Assembly (NCBI GenBank): GCA_965223325.1
Contig: CBDCWI010000002.1
Location: 3,296,001-3,360,000, forward strand
Origin: Candidatus Multivoradales bacterium
GTDB taxonomy: Bacteria; Acidobacteriota; Thermoanaerobaculia; Multivoradales; Multivoraceae
Length of the DNA: 64,000 nt
Direction: 5' to 3'
In this document: positions 38,903-48,059 of the stretch, in pieces
How the letters are laid out: the number at the start of each line of letters is the position of its first letter
Position numbering within the stretch: the stretch's first letter is position 1
Program-made: the position numbers and the translations under genes
The notes under the pieces: generated by a model
The model's database searches: none
Told to the model about the DNA's origin: nothing
The model's input: the letters and a program-made list of their open reading frames with translations, nothing else

Positions 38903-40465
38903 TCAGACTCGAGTCGTCGACCCGGGAGCGAGTTCATCGAGCAACGGCGCCGGGCCACCAGGCTCCAGACCACCAGTCATCGCTTCGACATATCGAGCGC
39001 GGCCAACCGGGTGCAGAACGGTCAGCCCAACACCGACCACCGCCCAGAACCAGAGCCCACCCTGCGGTCCCTCGTGGTACACGTCAAAGAGTGCGTTGAA
39101 CATCGAAGCGCTCCAGAACAACAGCACCCACAGCGAGAGGCGGGCGACCGGATCGGCGAGGGCACCACGGGTTCGCGAGCGCCAGTAGAGCCGCAGCATC
39201 GAGAGCACGAACACACCCTGCAGCAAGAGCCAGATCAGCGCACCGGGAACTCCCGAGCGTGCCAGGACCGTCATCAGGATGCTGTGTGGGCTGCGCAGAT
39301 CAGGACCCGAAGTGTCTCGATGGTGGCCGACCTCCTCGGCAATGTTGGGACCGTAGCCAGCTCCGGTCCAGAAGCGCGGCCCAAAGACCGTGTCGTCAAC
39401 GATGTGCTCCCACCAGGTGAGGCGCCAGGCCTTGGTGCCATCGAGCCCGAGCTCATCCGACGAGCCAAAGATGCTGGCTACGTTGGTGATCAGACCGGTC
39501 GCCGAGATGGTGCGTCCAGAGCGCGTTTCGAACTCCTTGCCTGAGGCAGCCAGAAGGGCAAACCCCCAGATCGCCAGGGCAAAGAAGGGTAGCCAGCGGT
39601 ACCAACGGCCGTGCAGAAGGAGCACGATGCAGCCGACGATGATGGCGAGCAATCCACCGCGTGTGTAACCAGTGATCAAGAGTGTCGCGAGACCGAAGAC
39701 CGGCCAGATCAAGAATCCCAACCGCCGTTCGCGGTAGTCGACCGCCAGAAAGAAGAATCCGAACAGCGCGACGAGATGAACCGCCAGGTCGCCCGGCTTG
39801 GCACTCGGCAGGTCGAAGTTGGTGCCGGGAATCTCGGCATCCCCGGTCACCAGGCGCATGAGGAGAAAGAACGCGTGCAAACACAGAAAGAACGGAACTC
39901 CTCGCCCGTAGGCGCGCACCAGTCGGTCCAGGCCTCCGTCACCGATCAAGACACCGGCAACGGCGACCGCAAAGAGCGCATAGCCCCAAGTCACACCGTC
40001 GCGGAGCGCATCGACTCCCCAGCTGCCGAGTTGCGGGAAGGTGCCCATCGCCCCCACCAACGCAAACACCAGGATCAACCAGACCACCGGTTGACGCAGG
40101 ACGTCGCGCCAGCGCCCGCGCACCAGAAACGTCGTCATGCCAACCGCGAACAACACCTCACCGATGTAGAGCGGATGAAATCCAAGGTACGCAAACTCGC
40201 GCCCGAGCATGAGATAGCCACCCATCACGAAGCCAAGGAGGGCGATGAACGGCCGATGGGTGCGCCAGGCAATCGTGATCAGAACAGCGAAGACAAAGCC
40301 GCCAACTGGCAGCGCGGCAAGCCGCAGGTCGCGCGACAACAGGTAGCCCGCCGCCAAGCCAGCCAGGGCAACACCCGCCGGCACTAGCCACTGCAGGAGA
40401 GCCTCGCCGGGCCGGCTTCCGCGAGACGCGGAATCCGAGACGCTCGACGGAAAGCTGCGGCTCAT
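38903..40465 (-). CDS. O-antigen ligase / Wzy-like polysaccharide polymerase
   Basis: ~12 TM segments; TRGG, WR..W, G.GYG, SPHS..L...G..G periplasmic loop. Confidence 0.8.
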   Translation of the reverse strand: MSRSFPSSVSDSASRGSRPGEALLQWLVPAGVALAGLAAGYLLSRDLRLAALPVGGFVFAVLITIAWRTHRPFIALLGFVMGGYLMLGREFAYLGFHPLYIGEVLFAVGMTTFLVRGRWRDVLRQPVVWLILVFALVGAMGTFPQLGSWGVDALRDGVTWGYALFAVAVAGVLIGDGGLDRLVRAYGRGVPFFLCLHAFFLLMRLVTGDAEIPGTNFDLPSAKPGDLAVHLVALFGFFFLAVDYRERRLGFLIWPVFGLATLLITGYTRGGLLAIIVGCIVLLLHGRWYRWLPFFALAIWGFALLAASGKEFETRSGRTISATGLITNVASIFGSSDELGLDGTKAWRLTWWEHIVDDTVFGPRFWTGAGYGPNIAEEVGHHRDTSGPDLRSPHSILMTVLARSGVPGALIWLLLQGVFVLSMLRLYWRSRTRGALADPVARLSLWVLLFWSASMFNALFDVYHEGPQGGLWFWAVVGVGLTVLHPVGRARYVEAMTGGLEPGGPAPLLDELAPGSTTRV

Positions 40466-40469
40466 GGTC

Positions 40470-41975
40470 TTAGCTGTGATCGACGACCGCCGCAATCATC
40501 GGGAGGTCGAGATCCCTTTCGATGTCGGTGCGGGTCGCGATCGTCGGGGCCAGGAGGGCGCTGAGATAGGCGATCACCAGGCCACCCATGCCACCGATGA
40601 GAATGGCCAGCGCCAGGTTGAGCATCGGCCTTGGCGATACCGGCCTGACCGGCAGGCGCGGCGCCCGCACGAGACTCACATTGACCATACGTTCACGATC
40701 CATCGCACTGCCGACGCGCGCTTCGTCGACCTTCTCCTGAAACAGCGCAACCTGCTGTTCGGCGGCTGCCATTTCTTTTTGTAGGCCCACCAGGTCGAGC
40801 GACGACTCGCTGAGCACCGCGAACTCCTGACGTTCCCGGGCGATGCCCTGCTCGAGCGCTCGACGGCGGCCGCGAATCGCCTGCAATTCGGTCTGCGCTC
40901 TCTGGAGCTCGAGCTTGAGCGTGTTGTAGATCGGGTTGGGCTCGGTGCCCGCGAACTCGCCGGCCGAGTTGCGGGCATTTGAGAGACGCTCGCGAGCGCT
41001 GGCGATCTGGACGTCGATCTGCTGCACACGCTGACTGGTCGGCGTGTAGCGCTGCAGAAGATCGTCGCGCTCGAGCTCGAGTGCGGTCACCGCGCGCTCC
41101 AGGTCTTCGACCGCAGCGCTGCCCTGGAACTGCCGATTGGAACTGGCGATCCGTTCCGGCTCGCGTGCGAACTCGGTACGCAACGACGCGACCCGTTCAG
41201 AAGCCTCACGCTCCTCGACCATGGCGTTGGCCAGATCCGCGCGAAAGCGCGTCAGGCGTTCACGAGAGCTCTCACTTTCAGCACCGAGCGGACGTTCGTC
41301 GCTCCCGTCGAGAAGATCTTCGACCCCACGTTCGCCGGCGCGCGAACGCAGGTTGACACGTGCCCTGTCGAGGCGCTGCTGCGCACCGGCCAGCTGCTCC
41401 TCGAAGAACGCCAGTGCCTCTCCCCCCTGGTGCATTGCAGTGCGGCGATCGATGTAGGCCTCGGTGAGGTGATGGACGACGTCTCGCGCCTCTTGCGGCT
41501 CGTCACTCTGGTAGGAGACCTGGATGACGTTCGAGCGCGGCACCGCTTGCACGTCGAGTGAGCCGAGCAACCAGCCGATGTTCTTGGTGCGCTCGGCCTC
41601 CTCTTCAGGCAGCGCGTTCATCCGCCTGAGGACGTCTTCGAGTAGATCGGTGCTGCGTAAGATCTGCACTTCCGAGTTGACGTCGGCCTCGCGGACCTCG
41701 CCGAGCACCAAGGGGTTGGCCTCGTTGGGTGTCAAGGCGACGTTGGCCCGCGAGCGTTTGACCAGAAGAGCGGCCGTCGACTCGTAGGAGCGAGGGGTCA
41801 AAGCGGTGAGAACGATCGCCGCAATGACCGTCGCTGCCAGAAAGAGGGCGCCGCGCTTCCAGAAGCGGGCCACCCGTTCGAGCGCATCGAGGATGACGTG
41901 GCGGTTCAGCCCTTCGGGCGAGACCGGGTCGTAGGGCGGGCGCTGGGAAGATCGCGGGGGGAGGGCGTTTCTCAT
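40470..41975 (-). CDS. Polysaccharide chain-length determinant (GumC/Wzc N-terminal, PCP-2)
   Basis: Two TMs, P..YESTA, NSEVQILRS, long coiled coil, P..PVSPRP before TM2. Confidence 0.87.
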   Translation of the reverse strand: MRNALPPRSSQRPPYDPVSPEGLNRHVILDALERVARFWKRGALFLAATVIAAIVLTALTPRSYESTAALLVKRSRANVALTPNEANPLVLGEVREADVNSEVQILRSTDLLEDVLRRMNALPEEEAERTKNIGWLLGSLDVQAVPRSNVIQVSYQSDEPQEARDVVHHLTEAYIDRRTAMHQGGEALAFFEEQLAGAQQRLDRARVNLRSRAGERGVEDLLDGSDERPLGAESESSRERLTRFRADLANAMVEEREASERVASLRTEFAREPERIASSNRQFQGSAAVEDLERAVTALELERDDLLQRYTPTSQRVQQIDVQIASARERLSNARNSAGEFAGTEPNPIYNTLKLELQRAQTELQAIRGRRRALEQGIARERQEFAVLSESSLDLVGLQKEMAAAEQQVALFQEKVDEARVGSAMDRERMVNVSLVRAPRLPVRPVSPRPMLNLALAILIGGMGGLVIAYLSALLAPTIATRTDIERDLDLPMIAAVVDHS

Positions 41976-42071
41976 TGATACAGGATTCCTAGGGTGTCGC
42001 AACCTTACCGACAGCTTCGGGCATTCCCAAGGGTCGGATCGGACCGGACACCGGCATTCCCTGGACTAAAC

Positions 42072-42087
42072 AGCAATGCTTATACCA
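42072..42087 (-). promoter_or_regulatory. Putative sigma-54 promoter for wzz-wzy operon
   Basis: Minus strand TGGTAT-AAGCA-TTGCT. Confidence 0.7.
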
Positions 42088-42147
42088 GCTCGCGCCAGGA
42101 CCGCCGCCAGCAGTTGACACCCGCGCCACACCGATCGAGGATGACCC

Positions 42148-42720
42148 ATGGCGGTGCGAACCATTCTCCAGATCGGCAACCCCGAGCTCCGGGTGACCGC
42201 CACACCGGTCGACCCAGGCGCAATCGCCGGCCAGGAGATCCAGTCGCTCGTCGACGACCTGATCGACACCATGCGCGCCGCCAACGGCGCCGGACTCGCA
42301 GCCACCCAGATTGGCGAGCATGTGCGAATCGCCGTCATGGAAGTCACCGACAACCCGCGTTATCCCTACAAGCCCGCGCTGCCCTTGACGGTCGCCATCA
42401 ACCCGGTGATCGAGCCGAAAGACGACGAGCTGGTCGAGATCAACGAAGGCTGTCTGTCGATCCCGCTGCGCGGCAGCTTGATGCGCCACGTGAACATCAG
42501 GGTGCGTTACCTGGACCGTGAGGGCAACCAGCACGACGAGATCAAGCGTGGTCTCACTGCTGGAACGTGGCAACACGAGGTCGACCATCTCAACGGTGTT
42601 CTGTTCGTCGACCGCGTCGAAGACCCAACGACGCTGGCGACCTGGGAGGAATGGAACGCTCACCACCGGGAGGCGTTCATCGAGCGCATCACCCGCTTCG
42701 TCGAGCAAGTGGGATCTTAG
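42148..42720 (+). CDS. def: Peptide deformylase
   Basis: GAGLAATQIG, EGCLS, QHEVDHLNG. Confidence 0.95.
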   Translation: MAVRTILQIGNPELRVTATPVDPGAIAGQEIQSLVDDLIDTMRAANGAGLAATQIGEHVRIAVMEVTDNPRYPYKPALPLTVAINPVIEPKDDELVEINEGCLSIPLRGSLMRHVNIRVRYLDREGNQHDEIKRGLTAGTWQHEVDHLNGVLFVDRVEDPTTLATWEEWNAHHREAFIERITRFVEQVGS

Positions 42721-42723
42721 ACG

Positions 42724-44067
42724 GTGACCTCCTCGTACTGGTGTGAACACGCTTTGATCGGCGCTCAGATCGAGGACGGAGTCCGTATCGAGATCCATCG
42801 CGGTCGGTTCAAAGAGATCGCCACCGGCACAAAACCAGGTGATGGTGCGCGGACCCTGCGGGGCATCACCGTGCCCGGCTTCGCCAACGTTCATAGTCAC
42901 GCGTTTCATCGCGCGTTGCGCTCGCGCACGCAGGCGAACCGCGGCACGTTCTGGACCTGGCGAGACGTCATGTACGAAGCTGCCGAGCGCCTCGATCCGG
43001 ACTCGTATCACCGGCTTGCGCGCGCGGCGTTCGCCGAGATGGCAATGAGCGGGTTCGCTGCCGTCGGCGAGTTTCACTACGTCCATCACCAACCCGATGG
43101 CACGCCCTACGACGATCCGAATGAGATGGGAAAGGCGCTCCTGGCGGCCGCCGACGAGGCCGGGGTCCGCATCACCCTGCTCGACACCCTTTACCTGCAC
43201 GGCGGTCTCTCGGCCGCTGGCTACCAACTCGCAACGGGCGCCCAGATCCGCTACCGCGATGCCTCGGTCGACACTTGGGTCGAGCGCCTGGAGGCGCTCC
43301 AGCCAGCACATGACCAACGAATTGGCGCCGCGATCCACAGCGTGCGCGCCGTCGACCCAGAGGCGATGGCTGTCGCTGCAACCTGGGCCTCGGCAAACCA
43401 GGCACCGCTGCATGCGCACGTGAGCGAACAGGTGGCCGAGAACGGGCAGTGTCAGGCATACCACGGCTGCACCCCCATCGGCCTGCTCGCTCGAGCCGGA
43501 GCACTCGGGCCTGGCTTCTGTGCCGTTCACGCCACCCACCTGACCGACGCCGACATCGAGCTGCTTGGTTCGAGCGGCTCATCTGTCTGCATGTGCCCGA
43601 CCACCGAAAGAGATCTGGGTGACGGTGTCGGCCCAACAACCGAACTCGCACGGGCCGGTGTGCCACTTTGTCTCGGAAGCGACTCACATGCCGTCGTCGA
43701 TCCCCTGATCGAGGCGAGAGCGCTGGAGCTCGATGAGCGCTTGCGCTCGATGCAGCGCGGCCTGCACAGCGCACAGCGCCTCATGTCGATGGCAACCGGG
43801 GTTGGCCACCAGCGGCTTGGTTTTGACGATGCGGGCGAGATCGCGGTCGGCAAACGCGCTGACCTCACGACCATCCGGCTCGACAGCGTGCGCACGACCG
43901 GCGCACCCCCTGAGCTGGCCATAGAGACTGCGATCTTCGCCGCCACCGCAAGCGACATCACGAGCGTGGTGGTCGATGGAACGCAAGTGACCGACGGCGG
44001 CTGTCACCTGCGGATAGACGTGGTCTCCGAGCTCAGCCGGTCGATTGCCGAGTGCCTGGGACGCTGA
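42724..44067 (+). CDS. hutF: Formimidoylglutamate deiminase
   Basis: NVHSHAFHRALR, TFWTWRDVMY, EFHYVHH, HSVRAV, HVSEQ, CPTTERDLGDG, GSDS. Confidence 0.92.
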   Translation: MTSSYWCEHALIGAQIEDGVRIEIHRGRFKEIATGTKPGDGARTLRGITVPGFANVHSHAFHRALRSRTQANRGTFWTWRDVMYEAAERLDPDSYHRLARAAFAEMAMSGFAAVGEFHYVHHQPDGTPYDDPNEMGKALLAAADEAGVRITLLDTLYLHGGLSAAGYQLATGAQIRYRDASVDTWVERLEALQPAHDQRIGAAIHSVRAVDPEAMAVAATWASANQAPLHAHVSEQVAENGQCQAYHGCTPIGLLARAGALGPGFCAVHATHLTDADIELLGSSGSSVCMCPTTERDLGDGVGPTTELARAGVPLCLGSDSHAVVDPLIEARALELDERLRSMQRGLHSAQRLMSMATGVGHQRLGFDDAGEIAVGKRADLTTIRLDSVRTTGAPPELAIETAIFAATASDITSVVVDGTQVTDGGCHLRIDVVSELSRSIAECLGR

Positions 44068-44100
44068 GAGAGTAAGTCGACCGCCGGTAGTGGACCTGAA

Positions 44101-44177
44101 TGGTGCGCCCGAGAGGATTCGAACCTCTGACCTACAGCTCCGGAGGCTGTCGCTCTATCCAGCTGAGCTACGGGCGC
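44101..44177 (-). tRNA. tRNA-Arg(CCG)
   Basis: GCGCCCGTAGCTCAGCTGGATAGAGC...CT-CCG-GA...GGTTCGAATCC...ACCA. Confidence 0.97.
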
Positions 44178-44230
44178 GTTGGACCGAAACTACCTTTCAG
44201 GTCGCCGAGGGGTCTGGGACCGTAGGTGAT

Positions 44231-44306
44231 TGGGGTGGGCGAGGGGACTCGAACCCCCAACCGCTGGAACCACAATCCAGAGCTCTACCATTGAGCTACG
44301 CCCACC
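44231..44306 (-). tRNA. tRNA-His(GTG)
   Basis: G(-1)GTGGGCGTAGCTCAATGGTAGAGC...TT-GTG-GT...GGTTCGAGTCC...CCA. Confidence 0.97.
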
Positions 44307-44427
44307 ATCGATCAAACTTTTCGGCGCCTGAAACTACCTTGGGTAGCCTCCAGAAGGCCAGTCCCCCGTCAGACAGAGTCGAGCGTTCGGCTCGCCCTCT
44401 GGAGGCATCAAATGGCTTGTTCTTGAG

Positions 44428-44504
44428 TGGCCTGCCTGGAGGGATTCGAACCCCCGACCCGCGGCTTAGAAGGCCGCCGCTCTATCCAACTGAGCTACAG
44501 GCAG
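44428..44504 (-). tRNA. tRNA-Arg(TCT)
   Basis: CTGCCTGTAGCTCAGTTGGATAGAGC...CT-TCT-AA...GGTTCGAATCC...GCCA. Confidence 0.97.
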
Positions 44505-44573
44505 CCGAAGCCAGAGCGGACACTCCCTTCGAACCGTGGCACCCTGGGTGACGCCAGCGCCTGAAGGGAGTCT

Positions 44574-44650
<77 letters not shown>

Positions 44651-44663
44651 ACGGAACCGGCGG

Positions 44664-44693
44664 AGTGTAACCCGGCCAGCCAACGGTTTGCAA
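44664..44693 (-). promoter_or_regulatory. Sigma-70 promoter of tRNA cluster
   Basis: TTGCAA-18 nt-TACACT followed by GC-rich discriminator CCGCCGG. Confidence 0.65.
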
Positions 44694-44721
44694 CGCACCC
44701 GAGCCCTGGTTGCGAGGGTTC

Positions 44722-44737
44722 TGGCACCCGTCTTGCT
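44722..44737 (+). promoter_or_regulatory. Sigma-54 promoter for GT4
   Basis: TGGCAC-CCGTC-TTGCT, full consensus match, 13 bp before ATG 44751. Confidence 0.75.
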
Positions 44738-44750
44738 TTGTTCTGAAGCC

Positions 44751-45956
44751 ATGCCGTTCTCCCCTCCAGCCCGGGTCCTCCAGGTGCACAACCGCTACCG
44801 AGTGCGCGGCGGCGAGGAAACCGTCGTCGAAGCCATCCAAGACATGCTCGAGGCGCACCCGGCGGTCGAACTGGCGACGTACTACCGGGACAGCGGCGAG
44901 CTGCAGGGGCCCAGCGGCAAGTGGAGGGCAGCCACCGAGCCGCTCTTCGAGAGACCCGCCCGCGAACGCGCCAGGAAAGTTCTAGCGGCAGAGAAACCAG
45001 ATCTGGTTCACGTCCACAATGTCTACCCCCTCATCACACCCTGGTTTCTCAAGGAGTGTGGCGCTCAGTCGATCCCGGTGGTCATGACCACCCACAACTA
45101 TCGCAACGTCTGCCCCATCGGCACGCGCTTTCGCGACAACCGGATGTGCACCGACTGCGCCGGCGGGCGTGAGGTCCGCTGTGTCATCCATGACTGCCGC
45201 GGGAACCGGCTCGAGAGCATGGCGCTCGCCCTTCGCCATCGCAGTGCGCGCGTCCACGGTCTCTTCAATCGCTACGTCAACCTGTTTCTCGTCCTGACCG
45301 GTGAACAGCGAACCAGCCTCATCGAGACCGGAGTCCCAGCCGAGAACATCGCGGAGCTCCCCAACCCGCGAATCGCCGATCTCAATGCCCATGCGACACC
45401 GGCGAACGGCACCTACGGTCTGTTTGTCGGCCGCCCTGAACGCGGCAAGGGCTTTCACGTTCTGACTGAGGCCTGCCGCCTCGCTCCCGACGTCGAGGTT
45501 CGAGTCGCGGGAGCCGATCGCGCAGCGCTGGGAGAGTTCGAGCCGCTGCCCTCGAACCTCGAACCACTCGGCCACCTGAATCGGGACGAGCTCGCAGGGG
45601 CGTACAAGGCAGCCGCCTTCTTCACCTTGCCGCACGTATGGGGGGAGCCCAACTCGATGGTGGTGATCGAAGCGATGACCGCGGGTCTTCCGGTCCTCAC
45701 TTCGAATGTCGGCGGGCCGCCCACGATGGTCGACGCACCGCACACCGGGTACCTGCTCGAGCCCGGCGACCCGCAAGGCCTCGCAGAGGCGATGAGGGCG
45801 TTGATGGCAGACGCCCCACTGCGTCAGTCGATGGGCAGAGCGGCGCGCCAGTGGGCAGAGGAGCGATTCGATCCCGCCCGTTACCTGGAACGGCTGCTCG
45901 GCTTCTACGCACAAGTCCTGGGTTTAGAAGAAGGTTCCCCAGCACGAACTCTCTAG
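44751..45956 (+). CDS. GT4 family glycosyltransferase
   Basis: HNRYRVRGGEE, VHVHN, THNYR..CP, FVGR...KG, EPNSMVVIEA (EX7E). Confidence 0.9.
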   Translation: MPFSPPARVLQVHNRYRVRGGEETVVEAIQDMLEAHPAVELATYYRDSGELQGPSGKWRAATEPLFERPARERARKVLAAEKPDLVHVHNVYPLITPWFLKECGAQSIPVVMTTHNYRNVCPIGTRFRDNRMCTDCAGGREVRCVIHDCRGNRLESMALALRHRSARVHGLFNRYVNLFLVLTGEQRTSLIETGVPAENIAELPNPRIADLNAHATPANGTYGLFVGRPERGKGFHVLTEACRLAPDVEVRVAGADRAALGEFEPLPSNLEPLGHLNRDELAGAYKAAAFFTLPHVWGEPNSMVVIEAMTAGLPVLTSNVGGPPTMVDAPHTGYLLEPGDPQGLAEAMRALMADAPLRQSMGRAARQWAEERFDPARYLERLLGFYAQVLGLEEGSPARTL

Positions 45957-46106
45957 AAGCGCCGACAGCCAGGAAAGCGCGGTGATAGGGTCTAAAACTC
46001 GGATCTCGGTAGAGTCGACCGTCCGACTCTGCCTTGGTCCTCAGTCTTATTCTCCCGTCAGACCTATACTGAAGTCAGTCCTATTCTCCAGAAGAGGAGT
46101 CCTGTC

Positions 46107-47738
46107 TTGCGCTACTCGCGACACGCGCTTGCCAACGCGCCCGGTACAAAGAACCACTTCATTCGCCTGGTCCTCCTGGTGGCCCTCTGCCTCCTCGGCC
46201 TCGGCCTGGTGGTTGGGCCCGTTGCAGCCCAGAACGATTGCAAAGTCCGCCGATTCGGCGGCCCCAACAGATTCTCGCCAACTCCCATCACCACCGTGCC
46301 CGAGCTGCAGAAGCTGTTCAACGAACAGCGCGCCGATATCGAGCGCCTGCTCGCCCAGGTCGGCTGGGCTGGCGACGCAGATGACCTCTTCGCCGCCGTA
46401 GCGGCCGGGCATGCCACCGAAGGCATGTACGAGAGAGGAACCTTCTTCAACTGGATGGGGTTTCGCGAGAAAGGTCTACCGAGCGCCAAGACCAACACCT
46501 GCTGGGGTGGCGCGAAGCCTTTCGAAGCCTGGACTCTGAACGTCGAGTCGGAGGGCCGCCGCTGGTTCTTCGCCGTACCCAAGCTGTGCGGCAACATCAC
46601 GTTGCTCGGTTCGGAAGAACTTCCCAAGGCGAACCCACCGGTTTGCAAGCTCGAGGCGCGTTGTAACGCCGACGGCGCCTTCGTCGTTTCGTCGGCGGGT
46701 AGCCAGGGAGCCGGCGCAATCTCGGTGATCAGCCCGAGTGGCAAGACCAGCCGCTACTCGAGTGCTTTCGAGCCTGACGAAGAGGGGACCTATCGTTTCG
46801 TCGTTGAAGGCGAGCGCGATGGTCTGACGTGCAAGGAAGAAGTGTCGCGCTCTGCGTGTCCGCCGCCCAAGCTGGCTTGCCGCGTCGAGGTCGTGCCCGA
46901 GGTCAACGCTCGCGACGAGGTCACCATCCGAGTCGCTGGCGAGCCCTCCGGTCGTGTGCAGACAGTTTCCGTACAGGCAGTTCGCGACGATGACGACGCG
47001 CCGCTCCTGGCCGAGAACCTGTCGGCGCCCTTCTCCTGGACCGGCGCCTTCAAGAAGCCGGGCACCTATCGCATTACGGCGCTCGCCGAGGGCGACGGCC
47101 AACCGTCTGACGAATGTTCCGCCACCCTCGCGGTACTCGGTCAGGACTCACGCTGGATCTGGCGTCTCTTCCCGGCTTTCGCTCAGGGCGATGACGACGA
47201 GTTGCAGAACTTCAGCGAAACCGATCGGCGACGTCTGTCGCTCGATGCGGGTCGCGGCTTCGGCACTGGCATCGAGTACATGGCACTTCCGTGGTTGGGC
47301 CTCGAGGCCGCCGGCCTGCTGCTCAACCAGGACGCTCACTTCGTGTGGGATACGGCCACCGTCTGGGGCATGGACGACGACACGACGACCATGACCCTCC
47401 TGACGCTCGGCCCGAACTTCCACCTCACCCCCGACAGCAAGGTCGATTTCTACCTCGGCCCGTTCCTCGGTTACGCAATGCGCGACAACCTGTCGTTCCG
47501 CGACCAGGGTGAGACCTACAACTACGGGCTCGATGACGACTTCACCTTTGGTGCACAGCTCGGACTCGACTTCCCGGTCTGCGCGAGCGGAAACTGCTGG
47601 ACGGTTCACTCCGGCCTGCGCTATCTCGACCTCGACAACGACATCGAAGGGCCCACCAACGGCGTCCAGCCGCGGCGCGACTTCGATCTCGGTTTCGACA
47701 ACCTGATCTTCTCGATCGGGGCTGGATACCGCTTCTAA
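46107..47738 (+). CDS. Outer membrane protein: N-terminal unknown and Cys-flanked Ig-like domains, C-terminal OmpW/OmpA-like beta-barrel
   Basis: AGGAG SD + TTG; signal peptide; LTLGPNFH, DFYLGP..GY, FGAQLGLD strands; ends GAGYRF. Confidence 0.75.
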   Translation: MRYSRHALANAPGTKNHFIRLVLLVALCLLGLGLVVGPVAAQNDCKVRRFGGPNRFSPTPITTVPELQKLFNEQRADIERLLAQVGWAGDADDLFAAVAAGHATEGMYERGTFFNWMGFREKGLPSAKTNTCWGGAKPFEAWTLNVESEGRRWFFAVPKLCGNITLLGSEELPKANPPVCKLEARCNADGAFVVSSAGSQGAGAISVISPSGKTSRYSSAFEPDEEGTYRFVVEGERDGLTCKEEVSRSACPPPKLACRVEVVPEVNARDEVTIRVAGEPSGRVQTVSVQAVRDDDDAPLLAENLSAPFSWTGAFKKPGTYRITALAEGDGQPSDECSATLAVLGQDSRWIWRLFPAFAQGDDDELQNFSETDRRRLSLDAGRGFGTGIEYMALPWLGLEAAGLLLNQDAHFVWDTATVWGMDDDTTTMTLLTLGPNFHLTPDSKVDFYLGPFLGYAMRDNLSFRDQGETYNYGLDDDFTFGAQLGLDFPVCASGNCWTVHSGLRYLDLDNDIEGPTNGVQPRRDFDLGFDNLIFSIGAGYRF

Positions 47739-47777
47739 ACCGGTGCCGACCTGACGACCATCAGGTCGCCTGAGAAC

Positions 47778-47810
47778 AGGCCGGAGGGAGACCCCTCCGG
47801 CCTTTTCTTT
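47778..47810 (+). terminator. Rho-independent terminator
   Basis: AGGCCGGAGGG-AGAC-CCCTCCGGCCT followed by T tract. Confidence 0.88.
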
Positions 47811-47867
47811 ATGCTCAGAACGGAATCGCCAGACCCGGGCGCGGCTCCTTGCGGGCGCTTCGAGAGC

Positions 47868-47883
47868 TGGTACGTCGCTTGCT
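47868..47883 (+). promoter_or_regulatory. Putative sigma-54 promoter for ATPase-kinase operon
   Basis: TGGTAC-GTCGC-TTGCT. Confidence 0.7.
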
Positions 47884-48059
47884 TGGGACTATCGGTTACG
47901 GCTCCTTACCTCGTTGCTCTAGACCGATTAGGCTACGGAACCTCGGATGACTGTTCTCAGGGGACCCGACCTGTGCGCATCCGGAACGTTCACCGCTCCC
48001 TTCCCGGGCTCCCCGGAGGCAGCAGACTGGCAACAAGGACCCTCCAGGCACCATCGACC

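Noticed and set aside
41989-43539. 516-aa minus-strand ORF
   Set aside because: Antisense shadow of def-hutF, which have clear motifs; long shadow ORFs are expected at this GC content
44101-44125. tRNA-Arg(CCG) 3' end as att site of an integrated element
   Set aside because: No duplicate of the 3' end found by eye and no integrase in the window
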